A stretch of DNA of 64,000 bases from Podarcis muralis. Its lineage: Eukaryota. Made by a program: the position numbers and the translations under genes. Positions 1 through 28,310 of the stretch are shown piece by piece. Location: the NCBI RefSeq assembly GCF_964188315.1, contig NC_135662.1:57226001-57290000 (forward strand), in the 5' to 3' direction. Within the stretch, counting starts at the first letter, position 1. Each line of letters starts with the position of its first letter. The notes under the pieces are model-generated. The model did not search any database and was not told the origin of the DNA. It saw only the letters and a list, made by a program, of their open reading frames with translations.

Positions 1-291
1 AAACTAACACAGAATAATATTTTGAAGATAAAATGTGTGGGAAGGAGTAAAAACTTGCTTGAGGAGCAAACCTGAATGCATCTTTTTCCTCAGTCAGTGT
101 TAAAACTGAAGTGGGATTTTATTATTATGAAAAATGTAGCACAGGCATCGTCTTCGTAGAAATGATAATCATGCATTCATTTCTAACACGACAAAAATAT
201 TAAAAGGGCAAAAAGTAAAAATAAAAAGCAGTGAAGAACAGATGGTGTTCAGATGGCAACCTCATGCAGCTTGGGTTTGTAAAGTACATAC

Positions 292-15336
<15,045 letters not shown>

Positions 15337-15920
15337 TTACTTCTTCCTCAGGCTTTGTTGGCTTTTATTCATATCTAAGCAATCTGTCATTCCATGTGTC
15401 CTTCTTTAGGCAGCCCTAACAAACAAGCAAACAAGCAAGCAAACAAACAAAAATCAAAGATAAAATCTCAAACTTGTACTTGTGTAGAAAATGATCTCCT
15501 GTTACAGCAAGTTGGGCAAATCACAAAGCACCACAGAAAGTCACTCTTCTTGAATCCAGTCTCAACCAGTGCCTTTTCTACCATGTTCAACAATGGATTG
15601 GTTGAGTGCCAAGACTGTGGAAGTCTAGCATCCCTAGAAATAAAATCCTCTCAGAAAGAACGTATATAAAGATGCACACACAGTCACTATAGGCTTTTCA
15701 GAAAATAAAGACCGCTCATTCATTATGGTACTGGTTTCAACACATTAGTCTCTCTCAAAATGTAGCAAAGTAATGTACCTAGTTATGGGGTTCTTCAGGT
15801 TACTCCACAACAATACAGCAGGCAAGATGACTGTGCAAGTTACTTGGCATGCTCCATTATTATTTACAGGAATAACACTTAGCCACTTTCAGGGGCTAGG
15901 ATAACCGTTTAAGATAACTA

Positions 15921-16135
15921 CAGTGGTACCTTGGGTTAAGAACTTAATTCATTCTGGAGGTCCGTTCTTAACCTGAAACTGTTCTTAACCTGAGGTACTT
16001 TAGCTAATGGGGTCTCCCGCTGCCGCCACCGCGCAATTTCTGTTCTCATCCTGAAGCAAAGTTCTTAACCCAAGGTACTATTTATGGGTTAGCGGAGTCT
16101 GTAACCTGAAGCGTCTGTAACCCGAGGTACCACTG
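15921..16135. mobile_element. Tc1/mariner (Tigger/pogo-like) MITE
   Basis: TIRs CAGTGGTACC(T/C)...GGTACCACTG with TA TSD on both sides. Same family as 35609-35831, in opposite orientation. Confidence 0.85.
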
Positions 16136-17299
16136 TACTGCAGAAACCATACTCAAAGCAGAGAGTTCTTCAATGAGTTGCTTCTCTCTGGTTAAGAATG
16201 ACTGTGCCTTCAAGTTCCATCTCTTTTGGTATTACCAAACACACATCTGCACATGTTTTCCCCACCCCAACTGAAGATAACATGACACAACCTATGTGGA
16301 AAGCATCTTGTGAATGGCTCAATACATTTTCAGGTTGTGAGGGAATGCTTGTCAGTTCATTTCACTGGATTTTTGCCATAAATTATTGTTATGACCTGCA
16401 CCATTGAACCATGAGTAAAATCAGCTCAATTGGAACAAATCTCACCAGGAATAGATAGTTATGTGATTCAGACCAACATCTACTTGACAACATAGGGATG
16501 AAGGAGCACATGAATGAGGTTTAAAGAGGACACCTAATTAAATGTGTGTGAGATAAGAGGGTATTTCTGTTAGAAGACACTTGCCAGCTGCACTTTTATA
16601 ACTAGTTGAATTTTTTATTTTAAATCAATTAAAATCTGCTGCCCAATCAACTGGGAGCACTTTCTGAAAAGTCACATGGAATCAATTATCTAACCAATTA
16701 ATCAGTGAAATATATCTCTTTCAAATCTGATTGCCCCACTAACTGCTTGTATGGTGTAAAGACCATAGAGAAAGGAAAGGGAAGTGACGGCTCTAACAAA
16801 AAAACCCAAAAAGAGAGAAGAGAGAAGAGAGAATCCCAAGAAGTTATAGTAAAAAGAGAAACCAGATGAAGGAAATGAAAAAGGCATGTCAAGTGCTACC
16901 GAGTATGGCTTGACTAAGGTGCACAGGAATGGCTGGGGCAGCTCTTCTACATTCTCTTTTGGAGGAAACTTTGCAGACTTCCCATATACGCATCCTACTG
17001 AGCCTATATGATCAACTGTGAACTGCTGGGAAATTAAATGACCGAGACTCCCGCACAGCTGAGCCATCTCAGCCTCCAGAGGACAGGCAGGCTTTGGGGG
17101 AACTGGCCGCAGCCTTCACAGGAAGAGCCTTATAACAGTTCGGGAAAGGAAGGGGAACTTTTTTGGAGAGAGACCATAATTCGCTTATCCCGAAGTGACT
17201 GATGCCTGCCTTTTGAATGGCAGCCTCCTGCTCTAGCACAAAGCAACCGTTCCACCCTCGACTTCCCTCCTACTCATCCTAGCAACTCTCCCAAACTCT

Positions 17300-17990
17300 C
17301 CCCGCCCCCGCCGCAAAAAGGAGCTCCCCAACAGCCAGAAAGTGCTCTGGGACGTGACCTCTCGCAGCCTCCATCTCACCTCGCCTTATCAGGAACAGTT
17401 ACGCCGCCGAGGGCCCCTCGCACCGAAACCCGCGCATCTCCTCCTCTTCCTGAGGGTGCCTGAGGGAGCAGCGCCGCCGGCGACCGACCTTCCTCCTTCC
17501 CCCCGCCCCGCGCCCCTCTTCCGGCCCCGGGCCCGCGACGCCTCCCCAGATGCAGCAGCTCGCGCCTCCGCCGCCGTGCAGCTTCTTTTTTGCCGCTGCT
17601 CTTTCTGAGCGGTTGGCGACAATAAGCAGGAGCGCTCGGCAGCGAGGGAATCGGCCCTGCCTATGTGACGTCACGACAGCCAGCAGCGCCTCCGTCAATG
17701 GAAGGAACCGCCCCGCACCCGGCCCCGCCACTCCCGGGTCCTAGCGCGAGACGCGTCCGTGACGATTTGGAGAAGCGGGCAAGAGGAAGCGACGTCCCAG
17801 TTTATTTGTCTTTTTAAGAACGGGTACTTTTTTTTTTTTTTGCGCCAGTCTCTCTGCCATGCGAGTACTGAAGTGTGCTTGGTGGGATTGCTTTCCCCAA
17901 GATATGGGGAGAGGAAAAAAGTGTTTTTTCGCAGAGCAGCGTCAAGGAAGGTGTTTCTAAAAGGCTTTTCAAATGACGTCATCCTCGCCA
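17300..17990 (-). promoter_or_regulatory. CpG island / probable SLC66A2 promoter and non-coding first exon
   Basis: CpG-dense 17300-17770, ~2 kb upstream of the ATG exon (acceptor at ~15416); full CRE palindromes TGACGTCA at 17666-17673 and 17974-17981; GC boxes. Confidence 0.7.
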
Positions 17991-19309
17991 AAGCAACAGC
18001 AGAGAACTTGCTATTTTTAACTATTGGTAAAAAGTAATTGCTGGTCCGTTCCCCCAATCAATTATCAATTTTTTTATGCACTGTATGTAAATTCTTGCCT
18101 CGAACAGGACTTGTGATGACCTTTGAAGCAGTGAACCGATGGATAATTGACTTCCGTTATTAGTAGTAGTATTTATTCCCTTTTTTATATTCAAGGTTGC
18201 TTTTAACCAAAGCAGAATTCAGAGTTCTAAATGCCAAAACGTCAATAAAACCAGCTCTCTAAAACAGGGCTGGGGATTGGGGAACTAGTGGTCCCCCAGG
18301 TGTTGTTCTAAGTCCTTGTAGGAAATGTAAAGCTCTGGAGTGCTACTGATATTCCTCAGAGATTACTTCACAGTTACTGTTTTGTGTGCATGTATACTCT
18401 ATTCTCACATGGTTGCTGAAATGGTCATATCTAAAAAGGAGGTTCCAGCTCCCAAAGAAAATTCAGGCTACAGTACAATCCCAAGAAGAACACGGTTCAA
18501 TGGGATAACAACCTTTATGTTAATAGTAGTGATATGGCTGTACAGAGGCACCCCTCCAAAAACCTCTGCTACTGTGGGGCCTCCTGAAGCACTTAGTAAA
18601 AGTATGGATGGCTAGGAAGCAACTGGTGGTGGAAGATCTGCTAATGATAGTCAGTGTAAGACCACAAAACTGGAGTGTTGCAGATAGTGGAGCAGGACCA
18701 GCCATGGATCAGCTGAATCCTAAACTGCTCCATTTAAAGATTGGAGGCTTGAGACAGGCTCCTCTGCTACATCAGCCTTGAGCTGGGGCAGCAAAACATA
18801 AAATCATTGAATTGTAGAGTTGGGACAGACCATGAGGGTCTCTCATGCAACTCAGTAAATATATTTAAGAAATATGTTACTGATATATTGATAGCAAAGT
18901 AATACCAGACACCTGAAAATGATCTAGAATGTGCCTTGTATTTTATTTTAAAGTGATCTGTGATATTTCATGCATCTCAGTTATAAGCTAAATTACTGTC
19001 AAGGGGTCAGAGAAACCTTTGTTCCATAAATAGCTTTTCTATGTCAGCTTAAGTAACAGCATATACTTCACAGTTGCTAGAGGTCACACATCTCATGTGG
19101 CAGTCATCATGCATCTTGTTCTAGCACACACTTGCTCATATCACAGCCTGACTATAATGAATCCCATGCAGTTCTTCTTAATGGCTATGATGGACGCTAG
19201 CTTCAACCAGTCACACAAAACAGTCTACCTCCCTTTATTTTCTTTTATCAAACCGTGCATGAACAAGGAAACAATGTCCTGCTGGAACTGATTATCTGCA
19301 GGAGAGGAA

Positions 19310-19645
19310 GGCAGGAGATGAACCCCCATCGTTCAGCCCAGACACTGAGATCCAGCACCGAGGGCTTTCTGGCGGTTCCCTCATTGTGAGAAGTGAGGTT
19401 ACAGGGAACCAGGCAGAGGGCCTTCTCAGTAGTGGCACCCGCCCTGTGGAACACCCTTCCATCAGATATCAAGGAAATAAGCAGATATCCTATTTTTAAA
19501 AGACACCTGAAGGCAGCCTTGTTTAGGGAAGTTTTTAATATTTAACGTTGTATTGTTTTTAACACTCGATTGGGAGCTGCCCAGAGTGGCTGAGGAAACT
19601 CAGCCAGATGGGCGGGGTATAAATAATAAATTCTTATTATTATTA
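19310..19645 (+). mobile_element. L2-clade LINE 3' fragment
   Basis: Encodes remnant RAFSVVAPALWNTLP typical of the L2 ORF2 C-terminus; 3' UTR ends in an (ATT)n tail. Older L2 remnants at ~31830-31985 (+, KAFLISAPKLWNAL) and ~61190-61300 (-). Confidence 0.7.
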
Positions 19646-21339
19646 TGAAGAAATTAACCTTTGGCAATGCAGCAGCCTAACAAGCAGGCTTCATCCCTCA
19701 ATTTCTTTTCTTTTCTTTTTTACTAAGATATCCCACCCTCTTCATTATCAAATGGCACACATCCAGCATTTCCCATCAAGCCTAATTTAACCACAAGTAT
19801 TCCTGCCAGCCTTTCACCTACAATTATTTTTGCAGATTGATACAATCTGTAGAGCTGGAGGAAGCACACGGTGGCCTCTGACACTTTTGGAAAGCTGCAG
19901 TCCCTGCCCCACCAGGAAGAAACTGTGGGAAGAGAAATACCATTCCATCTTCAATCACATTCCCATCTCACCTATCCTTCCATTACTATTGGATGCCATC
20001 TTCAGTTCTCACATTTCAATTGCCAAACCTCAACTTTCCCCCTTATCTTTTGTCACGTCTAACCAACATGGACAGGGGACTTTATAATTATACTGCCCAG
20101 CATACTCCTGACCAAAATAAAACACAAATCATATTAAGAACAAAATGGCAGTATTTGGTCTGCGGCTCAGCAACGTATGGGACTCCCTAGCTGAGCTATG
20201 GTGTTCTGTGTGGCACTGGACAAGTAATTTTTCCTCCCCACAGTTGCCATTTATGACATGGAAACATTTACAGTTCATAATGAAACTAGAAATGCAGTTG
20301 AGATTAATATGATAAAGTTTAAACAACACATATGCATGTAACCATCAATAATAAGCTTTGTAATAATAATCTTTGTCGTTTTTGTAAATACGGATATATT
20401 CAGTCAGGTATCCGTTTATCCAGTTTTTTTGGATGACTCCCAGAAAGCTCAAAGAAAAGCAGTCACAATCTACAGTACTAGTATAACTTGTTCTGCCAGT
20501 TTCTCACACATATTTTCTCAGCAAATGCAAGCCATCTGTGTACTCAAGAGTGAGCAGGAACATTTGAGAGTATGTTTCAACCTTAATTATGGTTGCCAGA
20601 CACTCCTTCTTTAAAGAATTCCTCATTGACAACACGGAGATATGTGGCCTGCGTTTCCTTCCAAATATTATGGTCAGGATCTCAAGAACTGTGAAACCAG
20701 TTCTGCCAGTCCAGCAGGGCTTTTGACTTGTTTTCTCTAGCACCATAGTCTCCTTTCCCTGCCAGATGACAGCTAGCTATTGAAACTGAGGGGTGCCATT
20801 GAGGCTCCCAGCCTTTGTGTGTGTGTGTGTGCGCGCGCACGAGCGCGCAAATGGGTGCCAACTGGGTCTTTGACCAGGGTGAAATAAAGCCTTGTTTCGC
20901 CTGGGATATGCGTGGTGCACATCTACAGTGGGACATACACTTAAATAATGATGAAATGACCATACTTACCAGGATTATGTCTCCTCTCCTTTGTTTTCTT
21001 GATGTTATGCACTTTCTTATTAATTAAAAAGTATTTTCTTTTTTTATAGAAAAGTTCTCTCTTGTTGTTTTTACTATATTTGATGGGGGGGGGGTTATGT
21101 TCAGAGCCACATGAGAGGGAATACTGTATATATACTATATACAGTGATTTTTTTTCTGGGGGGACGCATACCCCTAAACATTGTGTGAATCTAAGTTTGG
21201 CCTCACTGAGGGGCAGTATTTCAATATGAGCAGAAAAATGAGAGTACCCCTAAACATTTTTAAAGAGGGGAAAAAACCACTGCATGAATACATCCCTCAA
21301 CTTGTACTATTCATTGAAACATCCAAGCTGTGCCTTGAA

Positions 21340-21870
21340 CGTTGGCAGTTGGCGGGGGGAACTAAGCGCGGCCTTCCCCCAACGGCTGCCGCCTGGCGAC
21401 AAGGCACGCGGGCGGGTCGCTACGGGGGCGGAGGCGGGCAGGCTCAACGGCCACCACTACCCCGTCGCCGCGCAGGCGCGGGGCTGAAGGCGCGCGCCGC
21501 CGGCTCCCGCTTCTCCCACTGTCCTGCCAACCAGCGGCCGTTTGAGGAGGTGAAGAGCGGGAAGGCGAGGGACGAGGCGGCGGCGGCGCCACCACAGCGA
21601 GGGAGGAGGAGGAGGACAGGATGGCGGACAACGACCCTCAGAGCGCCAGGGAGCTCTCTCAGTTCGTGAGTGCTGGACGCTGCCTAGCCCAAAGGCTGCG
21701 CCTCCCTCACGAAATGTGTCGCTGCGTGGAGGGAGGGGACGGGTCTCGTCGCTGTTTTGGCAATAAATAGGGCGTGGGAAATGGGGTACTATTTCTAGCG
21801 GGTCAGGGGGAAATCCAGCCGTCGAAGATTTCGCCAACTTGGAGCCGCAGGGAAGGCGGTCCATATTGGG
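21340..21870 (+). promoter_or_regulatory. CpG island, HSBP1L1 promoter/first exon
   Basis: High GC/CpG density surrounding the HSBP1L1 ATG at 21621. Confidence 0.75.
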
Positions 21871-24800
21871 GGGGGGGGGGGTTCTTGCCTCTCAGAAAAA
21901 AGTAGCTGAAGGCAGAAAGGGCAGAAATACGGAAATAGAAGGGAAATAGAAGGGACGACGACGACACGGTTATTCCTCTTAACTGAAGGTGTCACGTCCT
22001 ATGTTGCCACTCTGGTAGTTAATACCACTTTCAACTTTGCCTTTACTCCAGGAAATGAGACTATATCCTTTTAATTCGTATCACAGTCCTAACCAGGAGA
22101 TAATAAACGTGAAGTATTCAGATAAATGCAGGAGTCTTAAAACGATACTTTCATTTTAGTAATTAATCCTTGCCCCTGTTTCATTTTCGTACTTCACAGG
22201 CGTGTCATATAGGTTGTGCCACACAAAGAAATCTTAGCCGATTAATAATGAATTTTAGTCAAATCGGTTCCCGTCTGTCTGCCCAAATCAGCATACAAGA
22301 CAAAGCGGCTTTAAAGGGAGAAACAGTTTGTTCTCATCTTAGACTTAGCTGATGTACACATGAGCTGCAGAGGCAATGAGGACTTGTATTACATTTCAAA
22401 AAACTATTAACAGTGCAATAATCTTATCACTGTAGCTTTTTAGTTGATGAGACTGCTATATTGCATTAACTAATTAATCAACAAAAGGTTGCTGTACTAA
22501 AAGCCACCAACCGATTGTTTCACTGTTCATACACAGAAATTCATATTTGTTATAAGTAACAAAAGCCACAAAGGGAAGTGTTCCTACTTGAATTTTATAT
22601 ATCTTAATCACAATTGGTAGAGTAAATGTAACTTTTAAAGTACCGTATATACAATACAATCATCCTCTCTCAGCTGGATATGGGCCTGTTTTCTATTTTT
22701 AGGATGCTGACAGGTACAGAGATACTAACTTTACAATACACGGTTGTTGCACACTCTGCTTACAAGATTCTCATTTCCCAATAGCATGTTACATAATGGA
22801 TTCATCCTTGAGCTTCTTTGTTCTTTTATAATCACACATTGATAATTATAGCTTCCATGTCAAATATAAATTCTTGGTGTGCCAAGCACTTATGCAATCA
22901 TTTCTGCCCCCACCCCTGAGCATATTAGTAGCATTCACACGTAAACAGAAATGTTACAGAGAAAAAATATGTTGTTGAAACAGATTGGCAGAGCAATCTC
23001 ATTGTGATGGGTGGGCAGATTTAATGGTGGAAGAAGCACTGAGTCCCACTGAGCTTGTCATTCAGTTTTCTTTCCCAACAATTCCAGTGTTCTTGTTTTT
23101 TGTTTCATTTGGTTTTCAGTTTTGCTCCTATTGAGTCCCATGGGACAAATTCCCTACACCAGCTCCAGGGCTGGTGTAGTTTTCTTCTAATTTGGGTGGT
23201 CTATCCAGGAAATGGAAACTTTGGATCCAATGCCTCATTCAATCTGCCCTCCCCCAGAGAATGAACCATCTTGCATCAGAGCACTGGTGCTGCAGAGCTG
23301 AAACCTCTGTGGCCACAACAAAGAGGTCTCCAAGAATGAAATTCTCTCTCCACATTCATAGTGAGGCATCTACAAAATCCTTTGCCCTTAAGAAAGCTTC
23401 TCAGTGACCACAGGACTGTGCTCTTCCATTCATAATCTTACTTTTCCTCTGGGTCCCTCTATCCTTACTTTATCTAGACATCTACTGTACTGTTGTTTTA
23501 AACCACAATTTTCCTTGGTCCCTGAGCCATGGGCATAGCCAGGGTTTATTTTAGGGGGGCAGACATTGTGTTGGGAGGCAGAACCGAGTTATCTGCGATG
23601 CAATTGGTCAGTTAAGTATTTTTATTTATTTACTTGATTTAGGGGGGCAGCTGCTCCCCCTGGCTACACCCATGGGTCCCTCCATTCCTACTTTACTAGA
23701 TATCTGCACTTGTTTAAAACACCCACTTTTTTCTTTCAGGATTCTTTCCTTCTCACTATACTCAACCTTTTCCCTCTTCCATTCCTCAGCTGACTCATGT
23801 GAGAGAGATAAAGGATGTGGAGCCCTAAAATATTCCATTGTATGAAGGTACTTTACGCAAACCTCTGCCAATGTTCAAAATTGCCGTTCTCCTTTGTTTC
23901 TTCCATGCATTTTACAATACCTTCCTTTAGTCAGCCTTAATATGTAACTAGCATTTCCTATCCCAGTGTACAAAATCCAAGCCGACTATTTTTATGCCAT
24001 TTTATTACAGCAAATTGATGGACTCATTTTCCAACAGTATAAACACATTTTGCTAACCATATCTTTTTTTCCAGGCAGAAAATCTACTACAACAGTTACA
24101 GGAAAACTTTGAAGCACTGACGGACAAATTACTTCTAAGAAATATCCTTTTCAGTTTATTTTCTAAAACTAATCACAAATTCTGCCGATTGATCACACTT
24201 TTGAAGCCATTTATGTAACCTGCTTGATTTATAATTACCAATTCCCCCCCCCCCCAAAATAACTGCTTATGATTCTAAAAGTTGGATAAAAATACATTCA
24301 AATATATTGTAATAAGAATTGCTAAAAAGAAATTGTACTAATTGCCTGGAACAGTAATCAGTGATGGGAGTCCAATAAATCTTATGCAAATACATAAGGG
24401 AGCCCAGTAGCTCTCATTTATTACTTCAGTCCACCAAGGGCCATTAAAGGGCCATAGAGAAGCTATACCAGTCATTTATACTGACCAATGCCTTTAAAAC
24501 AAAAATCTTATGCCTACACAGAAGTAAGTTCCATTGAATTCACCGAGCATGCATATAGGATTGCAGCCTGTTTTCTCAGTCAAAACCACTCTTGACTGGC
24601 ATGTCATTCAGTTTCATGTCACTTTGAGCATTAGACTATACCCGGTGAAGGGGCAATCTGTCTTTCCACTGTTTGATTACTAAAGACAAAGAAAACAACC
24701 ACAATGGTCTTTAACCTTTTATTACCAGATGAAATGGGCGAGCGCATAGATGATTTAGAGAAGCATGTTACTGGACTAATGGCACAAGCTGGGATAGAAA

Positions 24801-24951
24801 ACACCAGCGAAGAACTAATGGTAAGATTCTGGTTATGTTAAATAATCTGGTATTGATAGTCATCTGTCTGTGAGTATAATATTTTTGAAACACCAGTTCA
24901 GACGAAAACACTCTCAGTGTTCTTTTTGTTTGGGCTGCAGTAATACATTAC

Positions 24952-24984
<33 letters not shown>

Positions 24985-25841
24985 CTGATTGGTTGAAGAT
25001 TAATAGCCACATTTCAATGATAGATTTATTGATAAAATCCTTTTCAAAACAAAACCTTTTTCTTTCTTAAAAAGACCAGCAAATAGCTCAACAGAGAAGG
25101 CTAAATCAATGATTCATTAAAAAAATTTAAAGTCATGAATACATTTTTTACAAACAAAATTTAAAGTACCTGAGCAAACTAGTACATTTTATTTAGCTAG
25201 TACATGTCAAAAATCCTGAGTGTAGGACTGCGCTTCACAGAGAACTCTTCCATGTCATTACCAAATTAGCATCTCCTAACAATGGAAAGTGAGGAAAATC
25301 CCCCTCTGCTAATATTAAAGCATGGACAGGCTAATAGAGGTAGAAGTTAACTCAAGCCAATGAGAGAAGCAGTTATTTTAAGAGTGTATTCAACAACTGA
25401 GTACTCAAAAGTGCTTGGGTGTGGAAAAGAAGGTATGAATGCATAGTAGTTTAATTACAATGCAAATGTAGGTGAGTTTCTGCAAGACAGATAACACTCA
25501 ACTGAGTGTAGGGAAGACATGCAGTTACAGATAGTTCAGGGAAACTAAAATTAAGTAGATGCAGCATGTTGCAGAAGAATGGTATAGCAGATGCCTGTTT
25601 AGCATAGCTAAATATTCTGTCATAAGAATATGCTGACATTATATTGTTCTAGTACAAAAAAATTCACCAGAAAAATGTGTCTACTCATTCAATGGCATTC
25701 TTTTCATTATAAATTAGAAGAATATGTAAATGTGGAATGTGATAATGAAAGTCTATTTAGAGGCCAAATTCAGGCCTGATGGTTTCATTTTCCTAATTTT
25801 AACTCAAGCCTTGTGCTAATATTAATTTTGTACAGCATTGA
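21621..25841 (+). CDS. HSBP1L1: Heat shock factor-binding protein 1-like 1 (70 aa coiled-coil protein)
   Basis: Exons 21621-21665, 24075-24141, 24726-24820, 25836-25841 give [70 protein letters not shown]. HSBP1-family sequence, located between SLC66A2 and TXNL4A as in human. Not in the ORF track because the exons are short. Confidence 0.9.
23529..23674. mobile_element. Small hAT (Tip100-like) MITE
   Basis: Inverted termini CATGGGCATAGCCAGGG / CCCTGGCTACACCCATG; no clean TSD found. Confidence 0.6.
24142..24725 (+). other. U12-type (minor spliceosome) AT-AC intron 2 of HSBP1L1
   Basis: 5' site ATATCCTTTT at 24142; U12-like branch sequence TCTTTAAC at 24708-24715; terminal AC at 24724-24725 keeps frame and alignment length. 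Confidence 0.85.
24953..24990. repeat. (GATT)n microsatellite
   Basis: Tandem GATT units in HSBP1L1 intron 3. Confidence 0.9.
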
Positions 25842-26866
25842 AGAGGGAGACATGAAAACGACAAAAAACCTACGCTTGGAACTGAATAACTGTATGGCTA
25901 TAGCGGACGAAAAATCAAGCAGAACATGTAAAGTCACTTGCATTCATTATTTCTCTAATGAAGGTATCATTTGCTTTTAAACACTTTCGCATGAGTCAAA
26001 GTCATTATTCATCCTTGAGATCGGTGGACTACTTAAGTTTACCTGTGTGTCTAACATTGGAATCACCCCAACGAACACTGAAACCTAGTTTACTGTAACA
26101 GTGAAGACCATGGTGATTCGTATTTTTATCAGCATAATATAAACAAACACAGATTATGTTCATGTAAGTTTCCATTGTATTTTTGCCCATGGGTTCTTAC
26201 CTTTCCCTAGGGTTGTCCGCTGTGCCACTTTTGTTGCTCCACAACTTTGGGCAAAACTAAATAAAGCTCAACAACCCTACTTTTCCTCTTGGTAGATCAT
26301 ACAGGGATAAATGTTATGAACACCAGATGAGAAGAGACCCTACTAAGACTAACACAACTGGGAAGAAGTTCAGAAGTTTGCATTCTCTTATGTTCCCTCC
26401 CCCACCTCATTGGCTGACTAGTACCTGTATGAGTTGCATGTTTTGAACTCTGACCATTGCATGTCACTGGAGCACAGACCAGCCAGAACTAAATTGATTT
26501 TAATTCTCAGGATAAATTCAATATATTAGGTGTCTTAATTATGTAAGAACTGTAACCCAGAAGCACACAAGCCCATGTCAATTTGTAACACCATTAATTA
26601 TGCGAATCACACAAATAAACCTAGGAACCAGTGGCAGGTTTATAGATACGCACAGAATTAGGGCCCCCTGAGGCTGAGCAGCCCCAAAATTATTAATATA
26701 ATTTTTTAACTGAGAGGATACTTTTGAAACAAATAAGGAATTGCCACTGGTGAATTATAGTGTTTTAGTTTTGTTTCTACAAAATATTTGTGTGTAGAGG
26801 CCAAACAAAGTATTTCTTTTTGAAGGAAATTCCTATATCTCTCCTTTCAGTAAAAACTGTAGTAAG

Positions 26867-27226
26867 TAAAGGTAAAGGACTCCTGGACAGTTAAGTCCAG
26901 TCAAACTTGACTATGGGGTGTGGCGCTCATCTCGCTTCAGGCTAAGGGAGCCGGTGTTTGTCCAGACAGCTTTCTGGGTCATGTGGCCAGTATGACCACC
27001 TCTGGTGCAACGGAACACTGACGGAAGCCAGAGCGCATGCAAATGTTTAGTTTCCCGTCACAGCGGTACCTATTTATTTCCACTGGTATGCTTTCGAGCT
27101 GCTAGTTTGGCAAAGCTGGGACAGAGCAACGGGAGCTCACCCCAACGCACAGATTCGAACTGCCGACTTCATAATAAGCAAGCCAAAGAGGCTCAGTGGT
27201 TTAGACCACAGCACCACCCGCGTCCC
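26867..27226 (-). mobile_element. Sauria SINE (Squam1-type)
   Basis: Reverse complement of the 3000-3348 family: TAAAGGTAAAGG tail at left, ...CACCACCCGCGTCCC head at right. Confidence 0.85.
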
Positions 27227-27743
27227 TTTACCTTTTTAAAAAACATAGCATAATTATGCTAAGAGGGGAGGAAATAAAAGAAGGGAGGAAAGTTGCCTTT
27301 TTTCTTCAAAGACATCCTGGGACATGTATTTCTTTTTGGCCAGCAATGGATACTGTCTGCCTTCCAACTTTCTTGAAAAATCTATACTGGAACTGCTTTA
27401 GGCTCTGAAAGTGGAACACATAAAACACTGACTGAATTCCCTTATTACAATGATTACTTAATATTACAGTGATTAGTATCAGTTGGTGCTATGCATGTTT
27501 TCTGGTATCCATGACACATTAGATTCCCAGATTCTAAAGGTGAGCCTTAAACAATTGCTTGAATCCAAAATTCCTGCTCTGTAAGGCACTTTCTACTTGC
27601 TCGCACAAGATGGAGAATTCATTCCTATCCCTCCTATCTACAGACCTCCACACACCCTGTCCACCACCCCTAGCCATCTGGTGATAAGAGAACAGTATTT
27701 GGATCCAAGCCAATCACAAAAAATGTGCCTTGTGGGATTTATA

Positions 27744-27969
27744 CAGTGGTGCCTTGGTTCTCGAACTTAATTTGTTCTGGGAGTCTGTTTGACTCCCAAA
27801 ACGGTTCAGAAATCAAGGCGCGGCTTCCAATTAGCTGCAGGAGCTTCCGGCACTCAATCGGAAGCCGCATTGGATGTTAGGCTTCCAAAAAACGTTCACA
27901 AACCGGAACACTTACTTCTGGGTTTGCGGCGTTCAGGAGCCAAGCCCTTCAAGTACCAAGGTACCACTG
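27744..27969. mobile_element. Tc1/mariner (Tigger-like) MITE
   Basis: TIRs CAGTGGTGCCTTGG / CCAAGGTACCACTG, TA TSD. Confidence 0.8.
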
Positions 27970-28310
27970 TACTGTATTTTTATATTTTTATATTCTGATG
28001 AAATATGGTTTATGTTGTCTAGAGGCATTTGTTATGTTTCAACTGGACATAGCTCAATCTATTCCTATAGAAAATAATAGTTTTATAAAAATAATATTCT
28101 GAAAAATGTAAGATTCAAAACACTTTATGTGTAAAAGACATACTTTATTTCTAAAATCAAGTAAGTTTTTTTGCATAAAAAATAAGGTAACATATTTACA
28201 TAAATCCAAATATATATTCACAATGGAGATGAAAGCAAGAAAGAACACTTTATACAAAGTTTGAGTTTACGAAGCTCCAGAAGTAGACTTGTAGTAAAAT
28301 GATCAAATGA

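Noticed and set aside
17342-18057. Several ORFs in the SLC66A2 CpG island
   Set aside because: Expected stop-codon scarcity in GC-rich promoter DNA; no recognisable protein.
21181-21864. 162-aa and 135-aa ORFs around the HSBP1L1 first exon
   Set aside because: CpG-island artefacts; the real coding part is the 45-nt exon at 21621.
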